A DNA stretch of 64,000 nt from an uncultured Rhodococcus sp. (lineage in GTDB: Bacteria; Actinomycetota; Actinomycetes; Mycobacteriales; Mycobacteriaceae), in NCBI GenBank assembly GCA_963517305.1, contig CAUQEL010000008.1, positions 36,145 through 100,144 on the forward strand, given 5' to 3'. The notes under the pieces are model-generated. The model worked only from the letters and a program-made list of their open reading frames with translations. It did no database searches and was not told the DNA's origin. The first letter of the stretch is position 1. Each line of letters starts with the position of its first letter. Of this stretch, positions 11,363 to 20,844 are shown piece by piece. The translations under genes and the position numbers were made by a program.

Positions 11363-12616
11363 ATGCACCGACGTTCGAGGAGTGCCGAGATTTCGCCGAT
11401 GTCTGTCGACATCACGTCGGTGTATCAGCCGATCGTCACGCTGGACGGACGCGCCGTCGTGGGTTACGAAGCGTTGGTGCGGACCTGTGGTGGCGGTCCG
11501 CCGATTCCGCCGCCCGAACTGTTGGGCGTGGCTCGGGAACAGGGCGTCATTGCCGATTTCGATTGGCGATGCCGACTCAGCGCGCTGCGCGGTGCCGTCG
11601 AGTCCGGCTATCCCGACCAGCTCGCACTGTTCGTCAATGCCGAACCCATCGCCCTCGATGAACCGCCTCCTCGGGACTACCTACCGACCCTCTCGGACGC
11701 GTCGCGGCTGTCCATCATCGTCGAGGTGACCGAGCGAGACCTGATGGGTGATCCGGCCGGTCTGCTGAGGGCGGCCGAGCACGCTCGAAACCTGGGGTGG
11801 CGAGTCGCCGTCGACGATGTGGGGGCAGATTCTTCCAGCCTGGCGCTTATCCCACTGCTGCGTCCCGACGTGATCAAGCTGGACATGGAACTCGTGCAGG
11901 GGCGGTCGAGCAACGAGACCGCCGCGATCGTCGCTGCCGTCGCCGCCGAGGCCGAACGCACCGGTGCCCTGGTCCTGGCCGAGGGAATCGAAACCGAACA
12001 CCACGAAAGTTGTGCCCGAGCCATGGGCGCCGTTCTGGGGCAGGGATACCTCTACGGCACACCGGAGGCTCTCCCTGATTTCCGTCAGGTGCACGGGCCG
12101 GTCCGTTCTCTCGATCTGGATGGGACGGTGACCGTGCGTGCCCCCGTGGCGGTAACGCCGTACGGCCTCACCCATCCGCTCGGTGCTCGCAGGCACGCGG
12201 ATTCGACTCTGCTCGACGCCATCGAGAACAGCTTGCTGCACAGTGCCTACGGCACCGGTCCCTCGACCGTCGTACTGGCGACGGTGAGCGCGTCCACCGG
12301 CATGACGCCTGCACGTGCGGCGATCTTCGAGGACCTTGCGGCACGTACCGCACTGACTGCTGTCTTCGACTCGAACCCCGTGTCGCCTGTCGCAGGCTTC
12401 CGAACTGTGGTCGTGGGCGCGGACGAACCCTTGGCACTGGAACGTTCGATCGTGATCGTGGCTCCGATGTCGAGCGTGGCGCTCATCGCGGTAGAGCGAG
12501 GCACGTCCGAGGACGGCAGCCCGATGTACGACTACCGCCTCACCTACGACCGCCATGTCGTACTGGATGCTGCAACAGTGCTTTTGAGGCGAATACCGGC
12601 GAGATCTGCGGAGTGA
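11363..12616 (+). CDS. EAL-domain c-di-GMP phosphodiesterase with C-terminal DICT-like sensory region
   Basis: YQPIV, GYEALVR, FVNAEP, EVTE, AVDDVGA, IKLD, AEGIET, GQGYLY. Start at 11363 (GGAGG upstream) or 11399. The DICT assignment is inference. Confidence 0.85.
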   Translation: MHRRSRSAEISPMSVDITSVYQPIVTLDGRAVVGYEALVRTCGGGPPIPPPELLGVAREQGVIADFDWRCRLSALRGAVESGYPDQLALFVNAEPIALDEPPPRDYLPTLSDASRLSIIVEVTERDLMGDPAGLLRAAEHARNLGWRVAVDDVGADSSSLALIPLLRPDVIKLDMELVQGRSSNETAAIVAAVAAEAERTGALVLAEGIETEHHESCARAMGAVLGQGYLYGTPEALPDFRQVHGPVRSLDLDGTVTVRAPVAVTPYGLTHPLGARRHADSTLLDAIENSLLHSAYGTGPSTVVLATVSASTGMTPARAAIFEDLAARTALTAVFDSNPVSPVAGFRTVVVGADEPLALERSIVIVAPMSSVALIAVERGTSEDGSPMYDYRLTYDRHVVLDAATVLLRRIPARSAE

Positions 12617-12706
12617 GTCTCCGGCCTCGGTCAAGATCACGTAAATTATCGCGCGAAATTCGGTAAATCGCGTCCGCGGCCGTCCACGTGCTGTTCACTC
12701 GAAGTC

Positions 12707-14251
12707 ATGAGCTCTCACTCCCTCGCAACCGATGTACTGGCCGCGGACGGAGGCACGATCAGCTCCATCGAGACGGCGATCAACAATGCCTTCGATCCGA
12801 TCTCCGCTGCCGTGTCGAATGTCGTCTTCTTCACCGTCAATATCGGTGGAGCCGCTGTTCCGCTGATCGTCCTCTGGCTCATCGTCGGTGCCGTCGTCTT
12901 CACGGTGGCGTTCAAGTTCATCCAGGTCCGCGGAATCAAGAGGGCGTTGATTCTCGTCAGCGGCAAGGAGGACGAGGCGGACGCGCCCGGTGAAGTCAGC
13001 CACTTCAGGGCGCTCACCGCCGCGGTGTCCGGAACAGTCGGGCTCGGTAACATCGCCGGTGTCGCCGTCGCAGTGACGCTCGGCGGACCGGGTGCCACCC
13101 TCTGGATGATCCTCGCCGGCTTGTTGGGCATGGCATCGAAGTTCGTCGAGTGCACACTCGGCGTGAAGTATCGCGACATAAACGAGGACGGCACCGTCTC
13201 CGGTGGGCCGATGAAGTACCTGACCAAGGGGCTCGCAGAGCGGGGACTTGCCAAGGTCGGCAAGGTCATGGCCGTCTTTTATGCCATCGTCATCACGTTC
13301 TTCGCCATCAGCGGCGGAAACATGTTCCAGGCCAATCAGACATACGCGCAGGTCCGTTCGGTCACCGGCGGTGACGACGGATTCCTCGGCTCCGACGGCG
13401 CCAAGGCCGTGTTCGGGATCGTCATCGCGCTCATCATCGGACTGGTCATCATCGGCGGCATGAAGTCGATCTCGGCGGTCACCGCCAAGCTCGTGCCGAC
13501 CATGGCGCTCGTCTACATCGTCGCGTGCGGCGTCGTCATCGCCGTCAACTTCCGTTCGGTCCCCACGGCGTTCACCGCGATCTTCGAAGGTGCGTTCTCG
13601 CCCGAGGGTGTGGCCGGTGGTGTACTCGGCGTCATGATCATCGGATTCCAGCGCGCCGCGTTCTCGAACGAGGCCGGACTGGGTTCGGCGGCCATCGCGC
13701 ATTCGGCCGTCAAGACCAGGCATCCGGTCACCGAGGGCTTCGTGGCCATGCTCGAACCCTTCATCGACACGGTCGTCATCTGTACCGCGACGGCACTGAC
13801 CATCGTGATCGCCAATACCGTCACCTGGCAGGACCAACGGGCAATCGTCGCCGAGACGGGCGAGCTGCCCGCCGGAGGCGTCACCCTCACCTCCGATGCT
13901 TTCGAGACCGTGCTGCCATGGTTCCCGTACGTACTGACGGTTGCAGTGGCGCTGTTCGCGCTGTCCACGGCCATCACCTGGGCCTACTACGGGCTGCAGG
14001 CGTGGACGTCGCTGTTCGGACGCAGCCGCCTTTCGCGCAGCTTCTTCAACGTCATGTTCTGCATGTTCACCGTCATCGGAACCGTGCTGTCGCTCGGTTC
14101 TGTGCTCGACTTCGCCGACGCGACCCTGTTCCTGCTGGCGCTGGTCAACATCACGGGCCTGTACTTGCTGCTGCCCGTGGTCAAGCGCGAACTCTCCGAG
14201 TACCTGGCGATGCGCCGAGGCGAGCCGGACAAGGTCGACGCCGAGGTGTGA
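12707..14251 (+). CDS. Alanine/glycine:cation symporter (AgcS family), second paralogue
   Basis: SGTVGLGNIAGVA, GGPGATLWM, GGPMKYL, RAAFSNEAGLGS. Confidence 0.93.
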   Translation: MSSHSLATDVLAADGGTISSIETAINNAFDPISAAVSNVVFFTVNIGGAAVPLIVLWLIVGAVVFTVAFKFIQVRGIKRALILVSGKEDEADAPGEVSHFRALTAAVSGTVGLGNIAGVAVAVTLGGPGATLWMILAGLLGMASKFVECTLGVKYRDINEDGTVSGGPMKYLTKGLAERGLAKVGKVMAVFYAIVITFFAISGGNMFQANQTYAQVRSVTGGDDGFLGSDGAKAVFGIVIALIIGLVIIGGMKSISAVTAKLVPTMALVYIVACGVVIAVNFRSVPTAFTAIFEGAFSPEGVAGGVLGVMIIGFQRAAFSNEAGLGSAAIAHSAVKTRHPVTEGFVAMLEPFIDTVVICTATALTIVIANTVTWQDQRAIVAETGELPAGGVTLTSDAFETVLPWFPYVLTVAVALFALSTAITWAYYGLQAWTSLFGRSRLSRSFFNVMFCMFTVIGTVLSLGSVLDFADATLFLLALVNITGLYLLLPVVKRELSEYLAMRRGEPDKVDAEV

Positions 14252-14262
14252 CGGGTCGGACG

Positions 14263-14308
14263 AACCGAATCGACGAGACTGCGCAGTATCGGTCTCGTCG
14301 ATTCGGTT
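14263..14308 (+). terminator. Intrinsic terminator-like hairpin
   Basis: Perfect 17-bp inverted repeat aaccgaatcgacgagac/gtctcgtcgattcggtt just after the symporter stop. Confidence 0.7.
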
Positions 14309-14371
14309 GTCGGGCATCTCTGCGGCCGAAGTTTCCCAGTGCTCGACAGTGGTGCTAGCCGGAGGCGAGCG

Positions 14372-15004
14372 ATGAAAGTCGATTTCAAGAAGACGCTCGA
14401 CGCGTATTCGGCGCGGCACAACACCTTTCGTACCCTCGTCGTTCCGCCGCTGACCTACCTGATGATCGACGGTCGCGGTGATCCGAACACCGCCCCGGAA
14501 TACGCCGACGCAATCGGGGCGCTTTACCCGGTGGCCTACGCATTGAAGTTCGCCAGCAAGAACACCCTCGACCGCGACTACGTCGTCATGCCGATCGAGT
14601 CATTGTGGTGGGCCGAGAACATGGCCTCGTTCACCACTGAGAGGGACAAGAACGAGTGGCACTGGACCGCGATGATCATGGTGCCCGACTGGATCGATCG
14701 CCCGATGTTCGAGGTGGCCAAGGCGTCCGCCGAAGGGAAGAGCAACTCGGATGCCTCGAGCAGAGTTCGGCTGGAGACTCTCGACGAGGGACTGTGCGTG
14801 CAGACGCTGCACATCGGGTCCTACGACGACGAGACGCCGGTACTCGACGAGCTCCATCACCGGTACATCCCCGGTTCTGGACTGACGATGACCGGCAGAC
14901 ATCACGAGATCTACCTCAGCGATGCGCGCCGGGTCCCACCCGCGAAGCTGCGCACCATTCTTCGTCAGCCGGTTGCGCATTCGGCGGAGTCGGCGTCGCT
15001 CTGA
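14372..15004 (+). CDS. GyrI-like small-molecule-binding domain protein
   Basis: YLMIDGRGDPN, LYPVAYALKF, DYVVMPIESLWW, LCVQTLHIGSYDDE, HHEIYLSDARR, LRTILRQP; GGAGG RBS. Confidence 0.85.
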   Translation: MKVDFKKTLDAYSARHNTFRTLVVPPLTYLMIDGRGDPNTAPEYADAIGALYPVAYALKFASKNTLDRDYVVMPIESLWWAENMASFTTERDKNEWHWTAMIMVPDWIDRPMFEVAKASAEGKSNSDASSRVRLETLDEGLCVQTLHIGSYDDETPVLDELHHRYIPGSGLTMTGRHHEIYLSDARRVPPAKLRTILRQPVAHSAESASL

Positions 15005-15008
15005 CACG

Positions 15009-16289
15009 ATGACCGTCATGACCAACGCGGTGCGCCCGGCGTCGTTCACTGTCGGCACCCTCACTCTCCTGGGTGCGCTCTATTTCGCACAGGGACTGCC
15101 GTTCGGATTCTTCACCCAGGCCCTGCCGGTGGTGCTTCGGGAGTCGGGGTTCTCCTTGGTGAAGATCAGCGCGACCGGCGTGCTGTTCCTGCCGTGGGCG
15201 CTCAAGTTTCTCTGGGCACCGTACGTCGATCGGTACGGATCCAGACGGCGGTGGCTGCTGTCGCTGCAGTGTTCGGCCGCGGCGGTGGCACTGGCGTTGT
15301 CGTTCCTCGATCTGTCCTCGACGTTGCGCTGGCTGTTCGTCGGCATCTTCGTCATGAATGCTCTCTCGGCGACGCAGGACATCGCGACCGACGGCATCGC
15401 GGTGCGTACGCTCACCGCGGCGCAGCGCGGGCTGGGCAACGGTCTCCAGGTCGGTGCCTACCGCATCGGGATGGTGTGCGGTGGCGGACTGCTGTTGTGG
15501 CTGTTCACCTTTGCAGGATGGCGGGTGCTGTTCGTCGCGATGGCACTGCTGATCGTGCTGACGACGATCCCCGTGTGGTGGATGCGCAGACAACTCGACG
15601 CGGCCGACTCGGACTCCGATCCTCACACCGAGCGCCCGACGCCGGGGCGGCTCGCCGGTGCGTGGTGGTCGCGACTTCGCAGACCCGGAATGGTTGCATT
15701 CATCCTGCTGATCATCGGGTTCAAGTTCGGGAACTCGATGGGGTCTGCCCTCGTGGGTCCGTTTCTGTCCGACAGCGGACTGTCACTGCCCCAGATAGCA
15801 CTGGTCGAGGGCGGTCTGTCGTCGGTGGCTGCGGTCGGGGGAGCCGCACTCGGGGCATGGTTGGCGTTTCGGCACGGACGTCGCCGGGCGCTGCTGGTGG
15901 GCGGAGTGAGTCAAACGCTCAGCCTCGGGCTGTATGTCGTTGCTTCCCTCGGCGTCGGCGGCTTTCCACTTCTGGTCACCGCCAACATCACCGAACACGT
16001 GCTCGGTGGTGCGGCCACCGTGGCGGTGTTCGCGTTGATGATGGACGCGTCCGAGAAGCGCTTCGCGGGAAGCGATTACACACTGATGGCATGCGCGATC
16101 GTCTTCGCGCAGGGCGCGGCCGGGATTGCCGCCGGTGTGGTCGGAGACCTGTTCGGATACACGGCGATGTTCGGTTCCGCGCTCGTCCTGTCCGGTATCG
16201 GCTGTGCAGTGTTGCTGGTGGCACTCGATCGAGGCTGGGGGCCCGACGGTCTCCGACATGTGATCCCGCCGAAGACCGTCGTCCAGTAG
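15009..16289 (+). CDS. MFS transporter, AmpG/RhtX-FptX-like family
   Basis: LYFAQGLPFG, LPWALKFLWAPYVD, SATQDIATDG signature; multiple hydrophobic helices. Confidence 0.85.
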   Translation: MTVMTNAVRPASFTVGTLTLLGALYFAQGLPFGFFTQALPVVLRESGFSLVKISATGVLFLPWALKFLWAPYVDRYGSRRRWLLSLQCSAAAVALALSFLDLSSTLRWLFVGIFVMNALSATQDIATDGIAVRTLTAAQRGLGNGLQVGAYRIGMVCGGGLLLWLFTFAGWRVLFVAMALLIVLTTIPVWWMRRQLDAADSDSDPHTERPTPGRLAGAWWSRLRRPGMVAFILLIIGFKFGNSMGSALVGPFLSDSGLSLPQIALVEGGLSSVAAVGGAALGAWLAFRHGRRRALLVGGVSQTLSLGLYVVASLGVGGFPLLVTANITEHVLGGAATVAVFALMMDASEKRFAGSDYTLMACAIVFAQGAAGIAAGVVGDLFGYTAMFGSALVLSGIGCAVLLVALDRGWGPDGLRHVIPPKTVVQ

Positions 16290-16304
16290 CGGCTGCCGCT
16301 GTGC

Positions 16305-16724
16305 TCAGCTCCCGCTGGGGGATCCGGCGATGTTGACCATCCACTGCACACCGAACTTGTCGGTCAACATACCGAAGGTGTCACCCCACGGAGCCTTCTC
16401 GAGACCCATGGTGAACTGCGCGTCGACGGCCAACGCGTTCCAGTAGCCCGTCAGTTCGTCCTCCTCGTCGCCGCTGAGCGAGACGCTCATGGTGTTGCCG
16501 GGGGTGTGCTCCATCGACGACGGCGTGTCGGCTCCCATCAGCGTGAAGCCGTTCGGGGTGGTCAGCTGGCCGTGCATGATCTTGTCCCGGTCGGCGGGAT
16601 CCTCGTTGGCATTGGCCTCGCCGAGCGTGGTGATGGTGAGCTCCCCACCGAAGACCGACCGATAGAACTCCATGGCCTCGCGGGCGTTGTCTCGGAACGA
16701 CAGATAGGGGTTGAGAACGGACAT
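16305..16724 (-). CDS. VOC/PhnB-family protein
   Basis: LNPYLSF..NAREAMEFYRSVFGG, IMHGQL, PWGDTFGMLTDKFGVQWMVN; GAAGGAG RBS. Confidence 0.9.
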   Translation of the reverse strand: MSVLNPYLSFRDNAREAMEFYRSVFGGELTITTLGEANANEDPADRDKIMHGQLTTPNGFTLMGADTPSSMEHTPGNTMSVSLSGDEEDELTGYWNALAVDAQFTMGLEKAPWGDTFGMLTDKFGVQWMVNIAGSPSGS

Positions 16725-16825
16725 GATCGATGTCTCCTTCTTCGCTGAACGAGCGGGCTGAACGACGGCGACGGCATCCGTCGAAACGGTAGACACGCAG
16801 CACGACGGAAAGTCACCGCAGACGA

Positions 16826-17122
16826 CTAGATGGAGGCGTCGGTGTCGGCCAGAATCGCGCGCAGTGCCGCCACGTGACGGCGATACGCCGTTCTTCCGTC
16901 CTTGGTCAACGACAACCACAGTCGACGCGAGTCCGTGCGTGATCGCTGCTGCTCGACGTATCCCGCATCGACCAGAGCGGCGACCTGTTTGCTCAGCGCC
17001 GATGCGCTCAACCCGCTGTGTTCCTTGACGATCGCGAGTTCCACCGTCGTCGCCGCGGCCAGAAGGGCGCAGATTCGCAGCCGGTGGGCGGGGTGAATGA
17101 TCGGATCGAGATCGCTCGTCAT
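16826..17122 (-). CDS. Winged-helix (MarR/ArsR-like) transcriptional regulator
   Basis: LDPIIHPAHRLRICALL...LSASALSKQVAALVDAGYV...LSLTKDGR; ATGA overlap with the upstream gene. Confidence 0.85.
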   Translation of the reverse strand: MTSDLDPIIHPAHRLRICALLAAATTVELAIVKEHSGLSASALSKQVAALVDAGYVEQQRSRTDSRRLWLSLTKDGRTAYRRHVAALRAILADTDASI

Positions 17123-17538
17123 CGACGTGTACTGCGGTAGTGCAGGATCGAGCCGATCGAGTAGATCGACGCGGCCGCGGCCGCGAGCAGAACCACCGGC
17201 CCGGCCGGTCCGCTGGGATTGCCGACAGCCTGCGCCAGTGCGACGCAGAGCGCCGAGAGCGCCACGCAGGCGAGGAAGCCTCGGTTGGTGGGTAGGGCCC
17301 ACGGCGTCCCCATTCGGTATCCGGTGATGACGTTGACTGCGATGATCACCGCGAGGACTCCGAGCAGCGAGGCGGGGCTGTCGAGCAGGGCGGTCAGTGC
17401 GGATGCTGCAAGCAGTACGGCGTTGACCGGATACAGCCACACCGGCCAGGGAGTGTCTCGTACCGCGCGTTGAACTCGGTCGATGTCGTCGAGAGCTGTT
17501 CGTGCTTCGGCAGGTGTGGGTTCTCCGATGCTTTCCAT
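17119..17538 (-). CDS. Small integral membrane protein (about 4 TM)
   Basis: 139 aa, hydrophobic helices, coupled to the regulator. Confidence 0.75.
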   Translation of the reverse strand: MESIGEPTPAEARTALDDIDRVQRAVRDTPWPVWLYPVNAVLLAASALTALLDSPASLLGVLAVIIAVNVITGYRMGTPWALPTNRGFLACVALSALCVALAQAVGNPSGPAGPVVLLAAAAASIYSIGSILHYRSTRR

Positions 17539-17574
17539 AGTGGAAACTGTATTGGATAGTTTCCACTATGGCAA
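17532..17574. promoter_or_regulatory. Double palindromic operator overlapping the start codon of the membrane protein-regulator operon
   Basis: Two sites TTTCCA-N3-TGGAAA (17532-17546) and TTTCCA-N3-TGGCAA (17560-17574), together forming a perfect 14-bp inverted repeat. Confidence 0.7.
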
Positions 17575-17588
17575 CGATCTGGCGAGGA

Positions 17589-17879
17589 TCAGGTCTCGGC
17601 CGGCCGCGACACTTCCGATTCCCATCGGGCCCGTCGCTCGTCGTCCGACTGCTCCCACCACGGCGTTCCTCGCTCGCCGAGGGCGACTTTGATGGCCTGC
17701 ACGCCCGCTCGAGATTCCGGTGCACCCGACGTGCGTTTGACCTCCCTGCGCCACGCCATCAGAATCGACCGCAATTCGGCATTGCGATCCTCCGGGATGT
17801 CAGGATCCGTTGCGCGCCAACGTCGACCCTTGACGACGATGTAGTGACCGTCCTCGGTGCGTTCCGGTTCTTCGGCCAT
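17589..17879 (-). CDS. Conserved small hypothetical protein
   Basis: DGHYIVVKGRRWRATDP...LMAWRREV...KVALGERGTPWWE resembles a recurring small actinobacterial family of unknown function. Confidence 0.7.
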   Translation of the reverse strand: MAEEPERTEDGHYIVVKGRRWRATDPDIPEDRNAELRSILMAWRREVKRTSGAPESRAGVQAIKVALGERGTPWWEQSDDERRARWESEVSRPAET

Positions 17880-17898
17880 GGGTCCACTTTGCCATGTG

Positions 17899-19050
17899 TC
17901 AGCTGCTCAGATACTGCGGCACTGCAATTGCGTCGAGGCCGAGCGCCACGGCCGCACGAGCGGCGACCGGTCCGACCAGGTTGCCTGTCCCGTTGTAGCC
18001 GCCGAATGCGATCACGGTGTCGTCGACCTTTGTGCACAGCGGGCGCCCATCGGTGGTGAAGCCGACGGACGCAGCCCATCGCGCATCAACCGAGACAGGT
18101 TCTCCTGCAAACGATGTCGCGACAGATTCGATGTAGTTCTGAACCTGAGCGGTCGGTTCACCGGACGGTGTCCACTCGTCCTCGGCGAAGAGGTCACGTC
18201 CGCCCCCGACATACATCCGCCCCGACGCGTCCTGCTGCGCGTAGTCGTACCCCCATCGTCCGTACACGGGGCACGGCAACCGACCCGGCGTGACGGGTGA
18301 GGTGGCGAGCATCTGCAGACGTGCGGTCCGCACCCGGCCGTCGAGCTGGGGGAGTACCTGTTCGAGGCGACCGTCGACGGCAACGAGAATCAGGCCGCAC
18401 CGAACCACACCATTCGGCGTCGTGACCGCTCCTGGCTCGATGGCGGTTGCCGGCGTGTACTCGTACAGCCGCGCTCGGCCCACTAGAATCGACGCCAACC
18501 CGAGCGCGCGACGCGCGGGATTGATCACCGCATCGTCCGGTAGGAAGATGCCGCTCCCCAACTCGCCGGAATACTGTTCGACGACAACGTCGTGCTCGCG
18601 CAGGCACCGTGCCAGCGCGTCGCAGTCCTCCGAGTCGGCGAGCTCGGTCGGCGTACCGGGGATTCCCGCGAGCCTGATGGAGCCGGTGCGTCGGACGATA
18701 TCGGATCCGAGAAGTCCCTCCAGAGAGTCGATCTCGGCCAGAGTCGCTAGATAAAGATCCACTGCGCACGGACCCCATGTCGCGAGCGCGGTATGCAGAA
18801 AGGTCGCGGGACCGCCGAGCAGGAAACCACCGTTGCGACCCGCGGCACCCGCAGCGACCCGCCCTGCGTCGATTCCGACCACATCGAGACCACGGTCGAG
18901 GAGGTCGGCGACAGCGGCCAGACCCGATCCTCCCAGGCCGACGACGCAGACGTCGGCGGTGTCGTCACGCTCGAGAACGGGCAGGCCCGGCCAGCCGGAC
19001 ACGGCCGGGTCGTCGTCCCAGGCCGGGCGGTTCATGTCGCTGGCAATCAT
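17899..19050 (-). CDS. FAD-dependent oxidoreductase (DAO/PuuB-like)
   Basis: DVCVVGLGGSGL, AGAAGRNGG, RWAASVGFTTDGRP, GGYNGTG; start may be 19035. Confidence 0.85.
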   Translation of the reverse strand: MIASDMNRPAWDDDPAVSGWPGLPVLERDDTADVCVVGLGGSGLAAVADLLDRGLDVVGIDAGRVAAGAAGRNGGFLLGGPATFLHTALATWGPCAVDLYLATLAEIDSLEGLLGSDIVRRTGSIRLAGIPGTPTELADSEDCDALARCLREHDVVVEQYSGELGSGIFLPDDAVINPARRALGLASILVGRARLYEYTPATAIEPGAVTTPNGVVRCGLILVAVDGRLEQVLPQLDGRVRTARLQMLATSPVTPGRLPCPVYGRWGYDYAQQDASGRMYVGGGRDLFAEDEWTPSGEPTAQVQNYIESVATSFAGEPVSVDARWAASVGFTTDGRPLCTKVDDTVIAFGGYNGTGNLVGPVAARAAVALGLDAIAVPQYLSS

Positions 19051-19131
19051 CGGTCGATGGTATCGACGGATTCGGCGGCCGGATGGTTTACGATTCCGGC
19101 ACCCGCATCCCAGCTCCGGTAAGGACCGTCC

Positions 19132-19695
19132 ATGCGCACTGTGATCGTGACCGCGTTCGTTTCGCTCGATGGCGTGATGGAGGGACCGGGCGGCGAGGTG
19201 GGCTATCGCAACTCCGGGTGGACGTTTCAGGGCATCGAATTCGACCCGGCGGCCTACGAGATCAAGGGACGCGAGCAGGATGAGGCCACCGCGCTTCTGT
19301 TGGGCCGCACCTCGTACGAGGCATTCGCGCCGATCTGGCCCACCATGGACGATTTCGCGGGGTACAACGCGATGCCGAGGTTCGTGGTGTCGACGACACT
19401 CGAGCAGGACGACTCACGGTGGCCTGCAACCATTCTGCGCAGTGTCGACGACGTTGCCGAGCTCAGGAACTCCGATGGTGGGCCGATCTCGATACACGGC
19501 AGCGCCACCCTGGGACGAAGCCTGGCCGACGCCGGGCTCGTCGATCGTTACCACCTGCTCGTCTTTCCGCTCCTGCTCGGGGCGGGGAAGCGACTGTTCA
19601 GTGAGGCCGACAAGGACACCACGCATCTCGAACTGGTCGAACACGAGGTCTACGGCAACGGAATTCAGAAGCAGGTGTTCGACGTACGTCGATGA
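19132..19695 (+). CDS. Dihydrofolate reductase/RibD C-terminal domain family protein
   Basis: FVSLDGVMEGPG, LLGRTSYE, IHGSATL, LVDRYHLLVFPLLLGAGKRLF. Confidence 0.88.
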   Translation: MRTVIVTAFVSLDGVMEGPGGEVGYRNSGWTFQGIEFDPAAYEIKGREQDEATALLLGRTSYEAFAPIWPTMDDFAGYNAMPRFVVSTTLEQDDSRWPATILRSVDDVAELRNSDGGPISIHGSATLGRSLADAGLVDRYHLLVFPLLLGAGKRLFSEADKDTTHLELVEHEVYGNGIQKQVFDVRR

Positions 19696-19711
19696 CCCGG
19701 CGGGTTGGGCC

Positions 19712-20008
19712 TCAGATGTCGTCACTTCGGATGGTGCGGCGCCGAACGGAGACGAGTTGCAGCTCGGGACGTGAGGCCGCCAGGCGCTCGATTCGGTCGA
19801 GGACATCGGTGACGTGGTCGCGATCGCCTGCTACGACAGACGCGCCGATACCTGCTCGTCTGTGCAACTCGCGATGATCGGTCTCCGCGACCGACACCGC
19901 GAATCTGCGGTGCATTTCGGAGATCACCGGTCGGATCACGGAGCGTTTCTCTTTGAGTGAGTGAACATCTCCGAGAAGGAAGTCGAATTCTATCCATCCA
20001 ATCCACAT
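19712..20008 (-). CDS. DUF503 (YlxP-like) protein
   Basis: DVHSLKEKRSVIRP...RFAVSVAET...HRRAGIG pattern. Confidence 0.85.
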   Translation of the reverse strand: MWIGWIEFDFLLGDVHSLKEKRSVIRPVISEMHRRFAVSVAETDHRELHRRAGIGASVVAGDRDHVTDVLDRIERLAASRPELQLVSVRRRTIRSDDI

Positions 20009-20112
20009 ATGCCAGCCAGTCTACCGCTGGAGCGATACCCGAGCGGTCGGGATTCGACTCGGCGATCCTTCGGATGCGCACCATTTGCCGAACATGTTCG
20101 TACACTGGCGTC

Positions 20113-20787
20113 ATGGCTGCACCGGCGGAACACGGTTCATTGCCGCCGAGCCTTGTCGAAATGGCGACTCGCCAGGTCCGGTCCGAGGTGCTCAGCGGTG
20201 CGCTCGAGCCCGGATCCCGCGTGGTCGAGGAAACCCTGTGCGCTCGTCTCGGGATCAGTCGAGCACCGGTACGCGAGGCGTTGCGCCTGTTGGCCGAGCA
20301 GGGTCTGGTCGAGCATCTCCCACGTCGCGGGTTCCGAGTGACGGTGTGGTCGGCAGAGGACATTCTCGAACTTTTCGAGCTGCGTCAGGTTCTCGAACGG
20401 CATGCGCTCGAGCGTGCGCTGCCGCTCGCGTCGTCTCCTGACGGTGCGTTCGCACCGGTGAGAACGGCGCTCGACGAGATGCGTGACGCCGATGCGCGGG
20501 GCGATACCCTCGAGAAGGACGACGCCCACCGGCGTTTCCACGAGGCCATCGTGGCGTTGGCCGGCAGTCGCCAGCTCGATATGGCGTATGCGCCCATCCT
20601 GCTGAAGTTGCAGCTACCGATGGCGCGCAATCTCAGGGAAGAAGCCCGAGTCGCCAACCCGGTCGACGGGATCCGGCGTCACGAGTGGTTGCTCGATGCC
20701 ATCGAATCGAACGACGTGTCGGTGGCGCTCGCTGCGTTGAAGCAGCACGGCGAGCTGACCTACCTGCATCTCGAGAGCATTTCCTAA
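20113..20787 (+). CDS. GntR-family (FCD) transcriptional regulator
   Basis: LGISRAPVREALRLLAEQGLV HTH; FCD with HRRFHEAI and EH-like C-terminal motif. Confidence 0.9.
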   Translation: MAAPAEHGSLPPSLVEMATRQVRSEVLSGALEPGSRVVEETLCARLGISRAPVREALRLLAEQGLVEHLPRRGFRVTVWSAEDILELFELRQVLERHALERALPLASSPDGAFAPVRTALDEMRDADARGDTLEKDDAHRRFHEAIVALAGSRQLDMAYAPILLKLQLPMARNLREEARVANPVDGIRRHEWLLDAIESNDVSVALAALKQHGELTYLHLESIS

Positions 20788-20844
20788 CAGACTCGAAACA
20801 CGGCAACAACCTGCAGTAACAGGAAACTGTCGACAATCGACGGT

